64,000 nt of DNA from contig OX597816.1 in assembly GCA_951406725.2 (NCBI GenBank), positions 104,656,001-104,720,000 of the forward strand, read 5' to 3'. Positions within the stretch are counted from its first letter, which is position 1. Every line of letters begins with the position of its first letter. Below are positions 41,539 through 54,274 of this stretch, piece after piece. The stretch is from Octopus vulgaris. Its lineage: Eukaryota. A program made the position numbers and the translations under genes. The notes beneath the pieces are model-generated. The model saw nothing but the letters and a program-made list of their open reading frames with translations. It was not told the DNA's origin and made no database searches.

Positions 41539-42210
41539 TATATAAGACTCTATTATTATTTCTATTCTTGATTCTTTTCTTATTTCTATCAGCCTTTTCC
41601 CTCTTCGTTCATTCCACTCTTCGTTCTTTCGCTCCCCCTCTCTCACATTTCCCAGCCTTCCCTTTATGCTCACTTTCCCTCCTCTTTCACTTCACTGTGT
41701 CTCTTTTATTTTTTCTCGCCCCTTCTTAATTCTTCTATCCCTCTGCCTCTACCTCTCTCTCTTCTCCCCCCACGTGACCGGTGTTCGGCCAAGCCTGACC
41801 TTTCTTTCTTGGTTCCACTAACATCCGTGCAACATCTATATTCCCTCTTGGCCCTGTCAAACCTTATGTCCCTGCCGTAAAGCTTTACTTCCACACACGC
41901 CAGCTTAATTTAATTCGCCGTCAATCGAAAGAGACTTGTTGTTATGTTCTGTTATTTGTATTTGTGTAACATTCTCCGTTTCTTTTCTTCCTTGTTCTCG
42001 CACACATTCACTGCTTTTTTCCAAGTAATCTAATGCTCTTAGTATAGTTTTTCCTTGGGGCTGGTCAGATTGGAGCAATCTCGAGTATAACCAGTCGAAA
42101 TTGCAAAGATAATCTAGAACACAACTGAGAATAGAAAACTCCTTGTTCTTTTGTATCGTCTGTCTGGATGTTTTGCGTTCTTGTCCCATTTTTATATTTT
42201 TATATATAAA
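41395..42210 (+). mobile_element. Non-coding (TA)n-associated retroelement, partial + full tandem (copy A)
   Basis: The 3' motif TTTGTATCGTCTGTCTGGATGTTTTGCGTTCTTGTCCCATTTT occurs at ~41425 and ~42150, separated by (TA)n and a pyrimidine-rich body. Confidence 0.6.
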
Positions 42211-42259
42211 AATACAGCGGCGTACGTACACTTTGGTCTCTCATTTATATATATATATA

Positions 42260-42464
42260 CTTTATTTTAAGCAGCAGAAAATTCAACAAAATCTGTTACT
42301 CTGAGTTTCTCGTTGCCGTTCATCAGCAACGATGAACGGCAACGAGAAACTCAGAGTAACAGATTTTGTTGAATTTTCTGCTGCTTAAAATAAAGCATAT
42401 TACTCTACCACTGGTATTTGAGTACTCTTTTTTCCACCTTGTTTCACATTTATGTGTTTACTCC

Positions 42465-42466
<2 letters not shown>
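42260..42466. mobile_element. Fold-back PLE-type pLTR: perfect 65-bp arms, 6-nt loop, ~70-bp unpaired tail, HHR-like core at the junction
   Basis: 42260-42324 is the exact reverse complement of 42331-42395. Minus strand reads CUGAUGA-ACGGCAACGA-GAAA-CUCAGAG-UA/ACAG. (TA)n on both sides. Confidence 0.8.
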
Positions 42467-42523
<57 letters not shown>

Positions 42524-43219
42524 TTATATATATATATATATGTATATACACACACATATATGTATATATATGTACATCCTCGTGTTTGTTCTTATCGTTA
42601 CTCCTATTCTTTTTCTGCCCTTTTTTAAAAAGACAAACACACTGTATCTATTGTTAACTGTTTCTTATATGTATTAGCTTTCCCAACCACTTAGACCCTT
42701 TGAAGAAACCTAGAGGCACATTCATCATCCAAAATGCCCATCCCTACAGAACAATGAAGTAATGGAGACGCCATGGAGGATTTCGTTACCTCTTGGCAGA
42801 AACGGCCGTAAGGAACTAGTACCTACAAACAATTTGCTCTTTTGCTCTTTTCTGTAATATTAGTACATGTGAATGTAATATATGGTTAATACATGTGTAT
42901 GTACTCATCTAATACATTCTAATACATTGGAATAAATCGACATACTAGAATGTCTACCGGCTGAGGTATGTCGTTTTTGTATCCTCTCCAAATTCTTATT
43001 TGCCGTATAAATTACGGGTAAACTACTTTTTTACCCCCGCCCATATATAACATTAAATTGCGAACTTGTCACGCAATGACTAACACTTGGGTATGAATAA
43101 CTGAGTATACTACCAGCAGTATATATTATCCCTTAGTTGGTTGGTTTCCCAACCTCTAACTCACGCAGAAATATATATATAGATCTATATATATATATAT
43201 ATATATACGTATATATACA

Positions 43220-43817
43220 TTTTCCTTGGGGCTGGCCAGATTGGAGCAATCTCAAGATTAATCAGCCGAAATTGCGAGGATGATCCGGTTCTTGACTGAA
43301 GACTAGAGGCTTCGAATGACCCGACCGTGTTTTTTGTATCGTCTATTTGAATGTTTTGCGTTCTTTTTTGTATTTATATATATCTAAACTTTGTACTATT
43401 CCAACACTCTCTCCCCCTCTCTCCCATTCTTTGCCTTTCTTACTTTGTACTTCACTGTCCTTGTCTTTCTCTTTTCTCGCCAATCCTTGATTCATCGGTC
43501 TACTCTCTCCCCCCTTCTCTCACATTCTTTGCTTTTCTTACTTTGCACTTCACTCTCCCTGTCTTTCTTTTTTCTCGCCACTCATTGACACGCTCTCTAT
43601 CTTCTCCCCCTTCTTAATTCCTTGTTCCTCTTTTTCTGTCTCTTCTCCTCCTCCTTAATACCTTTGTTCCTCTTTTTCTCCCTCCTCTCCCACTCTTTAA
43701 TTCCTTTGTCCCTCTTTTTCTCTCTCTTCTCTTCTCACGTGACAGCTGGACAACTAAAGCCCTTTCGCTTCGGACCAACGTCACGATAAAAACGCTTTCT
43801 TTGTCTGCCGTAAGGCC

Positions 43818-43885
<68 letters not shown>

Positions 43886-44179
43886 GTTTTTTGCATTTAT
43901 ATTCGTATTATTTTTTATTATTTTTTTGTATTTATATTCGTGTAATATCGTCCGTTTTTCTGTCCTTGTTTCGTATACATTCGATCCTTTTTCCAAGAAA
44001 TCTAATGCTCGTAGCTTAGCTTTTCCTTGGGGCTGGCCAGATTGGAGCAATCTCAAGATTAATCAGCTGAAATTGCGAGGATGATCCGGTTCTTGACTGA
44101 AGAATAAAGGCTTCGAATGACCCGTCCGTGTTTTTAGTATCGTCTATTTGAATGTTTTGCGTTCTTGTCCCATTTTCTA

Positions 44180-44182
<3 letters not shown>
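43220..44182 (+). mobile_element. Non-coding (TA)n-associated retroelement, partial + full tandem (copy B, same family as 41395-42210)
   Basis: A ~145-bp block TTTTCCTTGGGGCTGGCCAGATTGGAGCAATCTC...GAATGTTTTGCGTTCT is repeated at 43220 and 44021 and, diverged, at ~42048. Confidence 0.7.
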
Positions 44183-44230
<48 letters not shown>

Positions 44231-45306
44231 TTCACTCACTTTACCTATAGCCTTTCTTTCCCTTCATGTATGCATAAACATGTGTATTATGCATAAGTGT
44301 TTATCCACCTATCTATCGATTTATACACCTATCAATATCCATTTTCTGTCTTCATATATTCTCGGATGTATATATATATATATGTGTGTGTGTGTGTATG
44401 TGTGTGTGTGTGTGTATAGCAATACGCGGTTGTGCGTGCTAAAGAAGGCAAAATATAAAAGTAAAGCATAGAACTAATACATTTGCATGGATATTATGAT
44501 TGAACATGTAAACGAAATAAAGTAAAATCTCCCGTATTCCAGAAACACCACAGGAGAAGAGAATGGTTATGAATCCTAAATTCTATTTATAATACAGATT
44601 CAAATGGTATAAACGTACATTAATTATGCATGTAAATCGTCACTACGTGTATTATTAATCCGCCTATATATTCATCTACCTCAATCTTTATCTATCTGTT
44701 ATCCTAGTCAATCTACAATCTATCTACCTACGTGTCTATATTAACACGGATACACATAAAGAAAGAAATTTATATACGTGTGTTGTTTATGTATAGAAAT
44801 AAAATGTATGTGAAAGTATTAATAAATTTATATACGTATATACATACACACATACACACACACACACACACTGTCTGCTTATTTATACTAATAATTGTGG
44901 AGCAGAGAAGACAAGCCTCTCTAACGCGAGTTTTTATGCCTGGTTATGAATCACTTACTCAGTAATTATCCTTTAGTTATACGTAAGCTCCAAGCAATTC
45001 CCACTTTCCTTTCACTTGTAACAGAATTCTTGATATATCTGGCAGTGTAGACAATGCAAATCACCTCCAGATCCCTTTCATTTTTATAATATAAAGAGCA
45101 ACTCATGATATGTATGGATTTATATTTTACCTTTCATGTTCATTTATTGGTTGTATGGTCGTAAGTTTCGCTCCGTAAAACCTTATTTTAGAGGTCTATT
45201 GTTCTATTTCTCTGGTGCAGTACCTTTAGCAACCTCCTTCTGCCAGATTAGAAAGACAGTGGAATACCATCGGATATCTATCAATCTATCTATATGCATA
45301 TATACG

Positions 45307-45337
<31 letters not shown>

Positions 45338-45505
45338 CCAAACCAATTTAAATTCCACTTCACGTTTGAAGCCCCGTTGATGCTATAAGGTAATACACGA
45401 ACACTCAAATATGAATGTCTTGCAACTTATAGCAGAAACAGTTGTAAGCTAATGAAGTTCATGACGTACCTACTTATAGCCTTGTCGTTGCAGTTTATAT
45501 ATATG

Positions 45506-45541
<36 letters not shown>

Positions 45542-45551
45542 GGTGTGTGTA

Positions 45552-45583
<32 letters not shown>

Positions 45584-45584
45584 C

Positions 45585-45626
<42 letters not shown>

Positions 45627-45654
45627 GCATGTGTGTATGTATAGATTTATGCAT

Positions 45655-46181
45655 GTATGTCTCTTCTGTTTTAAATAATTTAACTTCTTTGTTTGAAGGA
45701 ACTTGTTTCTAACAAAGATACAAAGTCCTATCTTCAGAATGTGGGTAACGAAAACAATTTCACATTTTAAACTTGAGAAACTTCTTGTATAGTTTTACTG
45801 TTCCGCTTACAGTTTCCATTTGTAATGCGCCAATCAGTTGGTATGATTTCTTTTTCTGAAAATTCAAAATTATCCAGACTGACAGTTAGGTATTTACTTA
45901 AGGACCAAGTTCCCTTACTATTATTGGTATAAATGTAAATTTGTAATCCGGATATAAAAGCTCGAGGTTTGGAAGCAGTTGTCCATAGTTATCTTCTTTC
46001 TCTTTGATTTTCAAAAGAATATTCAGCTGACCTTTATGATGTTACATACATTTTCTTGTCTGTCCCAAGCAACGATATGCGGTCTGTTATGCTTACTCTT
46101 GACAAATGTTTTGATGGGAATGTTCCACTATTATTCCTTGTGCCAATATTTCTGCACATATTCAATGACAAGGGAATTCTC
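45655..46181 (-). mobile_element. R4/Dong-clade LINE 3' fragment (RLE endonuclease)
   Basis: Minus strand WNIPIKTFVKSKHNRPHIVAWD...KEKEDNYGQLLPNLELLYPDYKFTFIPII...VSGTVKL; homologous to 53331-53740; bounded by CATA/TATG repeats. Confidence 0.8.
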
Positions 46182-46357
46182 TGTGTATGTTTGTGTATAT
46201 CTATGTATGTATGTATGTATGTATGTATGTATGTATGTATGTATCTACGTACGTATTATGTATGTATGTATGTGTGTATGTATGTATATACGTATGTATG
46301 TATGTATGTATGTATGTATGTATGTATGTATGTATGTATGTATGTATGTATGTATGT

Positions 46358-46472
46358 CATTATTCAGTTAATTTCAAGATTTCTTGCCAACAGAGAAAGA
46401 ACCGATTTCTAACCTAGATCCAAGGTTCCTTCGTTGGAATTTCAACATCAACAACAGGGTATTTTAGTTAGC
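46358..46472 (-). mobile_element. Short 3' tail of a related R4-like LINE inside (TATG)n
   Basis: Minus strand ATTCCAACGAAGGAACCTTGGATCTAGGTTAGAAATC resembles the tail ATTCCAAAGATGGAACTTTGTATCTTTATTAGAAACC at ~53691. Confidence 0.45.
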
Positions 46473-48314
46473 ATGTATGTATGTATGTGCAGATTTGTAT
46501 GTTTTATGCATGTATTCTCATGCATGTAGTTAGTTGCATATATGTATGTGTATATGTATGTATGTATGTATGTGTGTATGTATGTATGTATGTATGTATG
46601 TATGTATGTATGTATGTATGTATGTATGTATGTATGTATGTATGTATGTATGTGCTCTTGAATTATGTCTGAATACTATATTGTTCTCCCTGGAGATTCA
46701 TAATTTAAAAACAATTTTGGGAATCGTTGTTCAAGATATACAAAATTACTGAATGAGCACGCACACTCGAAATGCCTTTGACCATTCTACCTTCCGGTCA
46801 GAACTGAACGCAGATTAAAGAGCAGTAACAACTGCCACCAACCATATACTATATTTTCTTAATCCCGAACGAGAATAAAATCTCTCATTCTCTTGTCTGC
46901 AATGAAATGTTAGACGAAGAAACATTTTCGAAAACAAAATTGTATACTGGACGTACTTGATGGTTTTGCATGATTTCCACTGGTAATAAAAGATTCTAGC
47001 TGTAGATCCTCTCTCCTGTCTGCGAAACATTGTTGGGAAAATATCTGTTGATTTATATAATGTGGCGTATTATAGTGCCTAGGCTTTATAAATGAAATGA
47101 CCTCTAAAATATCACACATAGTTCTACGCATATTCATAAATATATAAATAAAACTTGCGCTGCGTATATTAAGACGAGAAATGATAAGGAAAAGTTAAAA
47201 AGAGAAATCTCATCTCTGTGCGTCTGTGTGCGTGTGTGTATGTGTGTGTGTGTGTGCGTATTTTAATTGAACAGGTGTGTGGTTTCTGCATTCTTGTAAA
47301 CAAACATGGATTTTACACCAACATTTAATCAAAATAGGTGTAAATTTCTTTAAAATTCCAAATGAGATATGTAATTTTTTCTTTAGTCTCTTTTGTTTGT
47401 TTCCCCCACCCTTTTTCTGAAGTAATTTTTCTTTCAATTGATAGAATAAGAAGCTTCGAATTATGAAAGAGAAAATTTTTAATTCGAGACGGAAAATAAT
47501 TATAAGAAAACTGTTCTAATTATTCACCACATGATATTTTAACACACAGTACCAGCACTTGTAATACTGCTCCATATATATTGCAAGCAATTTCGATATA
47601 TCACAGCATTTTTCGCGCCCCAGCTACTTTTATTGATAATTACCCATTTTAAGCGAAACACATCGCTCAAATAGTTTTTAAGATACAAAGGAAATTTTCA
47701 AGTTGTTTAGAATTTTCCATAATGTATACAATTACAGCAAAATATCTTAAACTACCACGAGAGTTTCTTTGTTTGCTAAAATGGACATTGAACATAGCCA
47801 ATTTACAGTGCATTGATGCATATAAATAGTTGCGTGGATCATGCAACATTGTGATACTTGTTTAAAGTGATTTTAATTATTGGTCTAAGGTTCATAATTC
47901 TCCTTACGTATCTTAAGAAGTAAAGATATGTCATAGAATTTAAATTCATTTGCACAGATATAGGCTTCTCGAGAGAAGAGAAAATAAAATAATTAAATCG
48001 TCAATGATAATTTAACAGCTTTGCCATAACTTTTTATTCAAATTTGAATCTTTAACAAATTTGAATTGGACAACTTGTTAAAGGGAAAGAGTTAATAAGC
48101 AAAAAAAAAATTGCCAATAACTTGCAGACATAATCTATATTGTGAAATAAATCTACGTATAACATACAACCAAAGCATTATGTAACTACTTGATCATTTT
48201 TGAAGTGTTTCATTTATAAACGGTATAAGAAATTCGTGAAAAATAGCTTAATCACGATTATGCCTACAAGATCACACTAAATACGACATTCAACACAAAC
48301 CCAAATATTCCTCT

Positions 48315-48500
48315 CTAGTGAAGGCACAAGGTCTGATATTTTGGGGGAGGGTATGGTCGATTATATCGACTCAGTACTTAACTGGTACTTATTTTATCGA
48401 CCCCAAAAGGATGGAAGACAAAGACGGCCTTGGCGGAATTTGAACTCAGAATGTAAAGATGGATAAAATGCTGTTACGCATTTTGCCCGGTGTGCTAAAA
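48315..48500 (-). mobile_element. SINE
   Basis: CTGGTACTTATTTTATCGACCCC...GGCGGAATTTGAACTCAGAA (family complement); a weaker plus-strand copy lies at ~48960-49135. Confidence 0.75.
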
Positions 48501-50122
48501 CTAAACCAAATAGTGAATGTTTTTAAACACCGTATCATGAATTAGAGTATAAAGAAAGAAAAGATTCATTCGAAATATCACATGAGTAGTTCCATAAAAG
48601 AGATACTCTAGATTTGTTGAACCATTTTACGAAGTGAAAGCTACCAGTGATAAGAAATATTTTCATTACAATTATATTTAGGGGAAGAAACTAAAACTGT
48701 TTGACGTCTATTTAGAAGACGTTTAAATAATCAAATGTATTACCGTATGTCACCGATTATATATATGGATATATTGATTAGCGTAATCATATTATGCATT
48801 AGCTACGTTAAGAATATGAACTAAAGAAGAAAATAGCATATCAATAAACTTAATATTTCAACATTTTAGCGACTTTCATTTCAATATTTCATACTAAGTT
48901 TCTTCTTTCTTCTTTTAAATATCATTATTAAACTTGTATAGGTAAAGCGTTGCACAATATAGTTTGTGGTATTTAGTTAAAATATCCTTTAAGTTCTGAC
49001 TTCAATTCCAGCTGAGGTGAACTTTGCCTTTCAACGTTCTGAGCTCGATGAAATAAAATACAAGTCAAGTAGTGAAGTCGATATAATTTGTAATTCTGTA
49101 ACTTCAAATTTAAGGACTTTTGCCTATGTTAGTAATCTTTATTCAACTTTATTTGGTCGGAAGTTATCTCTAAATCACAAAATTATGTGTACACACTTTA
49201 GGTAAATTTAACACTCCATCAGAACTTTTAAATCTATAAATATACTACGTGTTAGAACTTTTTCTGGAAATATGAAAATGCAATTAGTGAGTCCCATTTC
49301 AGGCAGCAATATAGCACACACAGTCAATATAGCTACCGAGGATTCCATATGAGGGTGCAATTAGTCTTCATGTGTACAAATATATTTTATACTAGATCTG
49401 CTATACTTAATTAAGAGTTTGCAAGCTATTTTAATCGACATACAAGTTGTTATTTCTTTTTACCACCATCATAATTGTCATCAATAGTCTGATTAATAAT
49501 TATCTTAACGATTTCTTGCCAACAACTATCATATCCACAAATATTATTATTCTACCTATCATCAATGTATTCGTCGCCGTCATCTTCTCGTCATAATCAC
49601 AACCATCGTCATAGTCATCAATTTCAGCATCATTATCAAAGTTATCATCATAAACAGCATCATCATCAATATCATCGAATTTCAATTGATTGGTTCATGG
49701 AGTATAAAATCTTTATGATCGAATCCTTTCACGAAATGTTGCAAAAATGATGTAATGAAGTAGAATGAATCAATGTTCTCAATTAGACTCTCAATGATAT
49801 TTAAAGCTAGTGGAGCCAATTAGAAGTCTATGGGCTATTTAGAACATTTTTTATACAAGCCTACTGACATGTGTATAATGTCTTAGATATCGCAAGATCA
49901 TTCTAGTATCTGAGTTTTATAGGAGACAAAGCATTTGTGTGTGCCCACGCGTAGCTGTGGATGAATAACCTGTGTATGCGTGTGCATAACTGCATATATG
50001 TATATATATATATGTGTGTGTGTGCGTGTGTGTATGCATACATATATACACATATATATATACACAGGTATATATATGTATATATGTATATGTATATATA
50101 TATGTATATGTATGTATATGCG

Positions 50123-50153
<31 letters not shown>

Positions 50154-51122
50154 TTATTCGTACGTATATATGTGTGTGTATGTATGCATGCATGTATATA
50201 ATTATAGGGTAGAGAGATCAAATTCATAACAGAAAAAATATATATATACATACATACTTACATATATGTGTGTGTATATATATATGAATGTATGGAGTTA
50301 AAGATAATGTGATGATATGTGTGTATGTATAGAACTATTTGATAATTTCAATAATTTGTTAATATTTTTAAAACTTTTATATAAGTAAACACTCTGATGA
50401 AATTAAATAACTTAACTATGCGTAGGCACAAATCTTAACAAATCTTAACAAAATCTTCAAATACACTCACTAATTGAAATAAACCACTGGTCAAAATCTA
50501 GCCCTGTACATGTGACAAATAGAGAATCATACCCCTATTAAAACAGATACAATTAGTAAGAAAACATATATTAACTCTAAATACCAACAAAAGCTAATAA
50601 GCCTAGAAAATAAAAAGAAATAATGAATTATACCATAAAATGAAAATTCTCAAAATTTAATTGTATAAATATAAATAAAATAGTTAGATTTGGATACTGA
50701 AAAATAAATAAATATATAAATATATATTGTATATTGTAATGTATATATATATATATATATTGTATAGTGTTCCCTTGGCAAGTAGGTAGGGAGTTAAACA
50801 ATATCCAGACTCTAAAAACTAATATAGATTACTTTAGGGGGGGGGGGGTAGCATTGCGCTAAAATCTCCGGGACGGCAACTAGCTACAGTCCTGCTATGG
50901 TCAAACTTTAAATTCTGGCTATATTTAGAACAAAATTTTAATGACAAATAAGGTAGTGCACATACATACATTGGAAAAGAAGACACAAAGGGAAATTCAG
51001 CTTAAAGGCGAAAATGCTAGCACATATTCACATACACACACACACAGAAAAAGGTATGCTACTATCTTAGTCTATAATGAATATTTGATCTATTAGAATG
51101 TAAAGAAATATGTCGATTTTAT

Positions 51123-51207
51123 CCCCGAAGAGATCTCTACTTTTGGGATTGGTAATGCAACAGTTAATTGCAAAATGAATGAAGGTGAATATTGAAACGA
51201 TCTTAGG
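51123..51207 (+). ncRNA. Degenerate hammerhead relic (architecture like 22977-23065)
   Basis: CC-CCGAAGA-GAUCUCUACUUUU...GAAGGUGAAUAUU-GAAA-CGAUCU-UA/GG; stem II is mostly paired, core and stem III are mutated. Confidence 0.35.
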
Positions 51208-51770
51208 CCTCATGTAATTGAGAGTTATGTAAATATATTGATTTTCTTTTTTGTATTCAGACTCCCCATTTTCTTTACATTATACCAATAAATTTATGTT
51301 CGCATACATTGAATCGCATGAAAACATCTATACGGATTACTGGAACTCCATAATATGTATAGTACTAGTGTCTATTAAACACTAATACTAACACAGAGAA
51401 ACAAATTCTTGCAAATTCACATATATACACCGGAGGAAGGTAGCTAGGATTTAAGACGTCCCTAGAAAGAGCGACCTCTTTCTTTACAAAACCTCATTAG
51501 CACTATATATATATATATATCGTAATGCTACGTTACTGGTGGCATCAACAAAGAAGTACTCCATCAATTAATATATGTGTTGGATTTAAATGTAAACTAC
51601 TATAAATTTCTTGTTAAGGGAATGCAATAAAAGAACTAGCTGTATAGCATGTTGTATAGTAGCCCACCTGCAAGATTCCACGATAGTAAACGGCACGCTA
51701 CTTAATTGTACTGTCACAGTATGAAACTGTCAGTTGTTCATATTTCAATCCTATCATATAGATATACAGA

Positions 51771-51823
<53 letters not shown>

Positions 51824-51974
51824 ATTAAGGATTGAACACGAAAAAGTGGACAGTCAACATGCTAGATATAGACGTCAAATCGCCATTCTCCACAAAAAGT
51901 CTATGTTCTCAGATCAAACTCAACACAAAACCAAAACAATAAACAAGTGAAAAATATACGAAATAAATATTTAC

Positions 51975-52040
51975 CCATGTACTAAATTCAGTTTCGGCTG
52001 TTATTTTCCGCAAGGAAAAGTGCAGCCATCATCAGCATGG
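51975..52040 (-). ncRNA. Type I hammerhead ribozyme (mirror copy)
   Basis: Exact reverse complement of 52071-52136. Confidence 0.85.
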
Positions 52041-52070
52041 TCCCATATAAAATGTACATTTTATATGGGA

Positions 52071-52136
52071 CCATGCTGATGATGGCTGCACTTTTCCTTG
52101 CGGAAAATAACAGCCGAAACTGAATTTAGTACATGG
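52071..52136 (+). ncRNA. Type I hammerhead ribozyme
   Basis: CCAUG-CUGAUGA-U-GGCUG(CAC-UUUUCC-UUGC-GGAAAA-UAA)CAGCC-GAAA-CUGAAUUUAG-UA/CAUGG. All core nucleotides present; GUA cleavage after 52131; one extra U between A9 and stem II. Confidence 0.85.
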
Positions 52137-52384
52137 GTAAATATTTATTTCGTATATTTTTCACTTGTTTATTGTTTTGGTTTTGTGTTGAGTTTGATCT
52201 GAGAACATAGACTTTTTGTGGAGAATGGCGATTTGACGTCTATATCTAGCATGTTGACTGTCCACTTTTTCGTGTTCAGTCCTTAATTGGTATATATAAA
52301 TATTTTAATCTTCGGATTCTTTCTTTAATATGCTAGACCACTGGTTCTAATTGATAAATATCAATTTTTACCCTAAATTTAATG

Positions 52385-52441
<57 letters not shown>

Positions 52442-53114
52442 GAGAGAGAGAGATAAGTGTGTGTAGGTACATGTAGGTATATGTACAGACATGACTGACT
52501 CGTTAAGAAAGTTACTTTGTAATTATAGAGTTCTGGGTTCAATCTTACTACGTAGCCTCTCTCAGCAAATATATTTAACTTTAACCTCAAGGCAACCTAA
52601 ACACTATCAGTGAAACGAGTGGGACTTTACCTGCAATTCAAAATTGTTATATACTTAATGATAGTACAGTCTATGGAATACCCACCTGCTTATTCAGTGA
52701 ATCGATTCTTCAAGTAATCGATCACATGGAATGCATATCATATTCAGTTTAATATTATAACTATAATTTACAAAACAATTGAAATTATCCAGCCCCTGTC
52801 AAATCCAAATATTTGATCATTTGCAGCAGTTGTGGCAGGTCGAACTTTTTTCAAAGTAACATCGATTAAGTTCTGGGATATTTTTTTGAACGTTCTCTGT
52901 GCCTTCAGAATACAGAAGACCTGACGAAAGAATAATTCGCTGTATATATAATCACGCACATATACACAAGCTCCCCCTCTCTCTCTATCTTTATATCTCT
53001 CTCCTTTCTCTCTCGCGTCTCTTATTCACACACTGTTCCCCAAAAGGTGTGTGTATAATATATATATATGTCTGTGTGGGTGTGTGTGTGTATAGAGAGA
53101 GAGATAGTGTGTGT

Positions 53115-53164
<50 letters not shown>

Positions 53165-53201
53165 GTTGTGTAGGTTGTCCACAATTCCATATCGATAGAT
53201 T

Positions 53202-53246
<45 letters not shown>

Positions 53247-53330
53247 GTAAATAGATAGATAGATATGTACCTAAGGATGGATGATGGATGCAGATGTGTG
53301 TATACATACATACATACATACATACATACA

Positions 53331-53740
53331 TAACATCTGTCAAATGTAAGCATAACAGAGCGGATATTGTTGTTTGGGACCGACTAAAAAAAATGTATCG
53401 TCACAGAGGTCAGCAGTCCTGCTCAAAGATAAAAGCAGATAACTATGGACAACTGCAACAGAATCCTCAGCTTTTATATCTGGATTACAAATTTACATTT
53501 ATGCTAATAATAATTGGAGCACTTGGTTTTGAAAGTCAGTATCTATCTGTCAATCTGGATAATCTTGGATTTTTAATAAAAGAAATCAACCAACCGATTC
53601 GAACATTACATACAGAATCTGTAAGCGGAACAGTAAAACTATGCGAGATATTTCTCAGGCTTAAAATGTGACATCGTTTTCGTTATCTTCATTCCAAAGA
53701 TGGAACTTTGTATCTTTATTAGAAACCAGAAGAGGCATAC
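53331..53740 (+). mobile_element. R4/Dong-clade LINE 3' fragment (RLE endonuclease)
   Basis: KCKHNRADIVVWDR (HNRPD motif)...NYGQL...YKFTFMLIIIGALG...SVSGTVKLCEIFL*; starts in (TACA)n and ends in CATAC. Confidence 0.85.
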
Positions 53741-53883
53741 GTACATTCATGCATATATATAAACATACATAAATTAACACACACATATACACACACACAC
53801 ACGCACGCAGGCACGCACACACACACACATACACACACACGCACGCAGGCACGCACACACACACACACACACACACGCACGCA

Positions 53884-53963
<80 letters not shown>

Positions 53964-54228
53964 ATTATTATTATTATTTGAGAGAATAAAATCCCAACTT
54001 ACAAGGAAAAAGAATTCAATTTAGAAATACTAAATCAAATTCCTCACAATATAATATATAAGTACTCTCTTATATTTATTTTTATTTTTATATATATATT
54101 TTTATTATTTTTGTAATTTACTTAATCTTTACTTTTTATTGTTATTTTAATTTTAACTTTTCTATTATATGTAATTATCTAGATGATGTAATTTAATTAT
54201 TCATTTTGAATTGATAAAAGGTGGGTTT

Positions 54229-54274
<46 letters not shown>

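Larger units (their letters stand above)
51822..52289. repeat. Spacer-less 468-bp palindrome (234-bp arms) of a PLE-type pLTR flanked by (TA)n
   Basis: Centre AAAATGT|ACATTTT at 52055/52056. One mismatch was seen between the arms (ATTGAAC vs ACTGAAC). The right arm continues ~95 bp to (TA)n at ~52386. Confidence 0.95.

Noticed and set aside
43297-43325. CTGAAGA...GAAT as a hammerhead (also at ~44097)
   Set aside because: GAAA and the UH site are absent and the stems do not pair.
50394-50492. CTGATGA-AATTA...TAATT-GAAA-TAAACCACTGGTC
   Set aside because: Possibly an HHR relic, but stem I does not pair and stem III is displaced; too degenerate to call.
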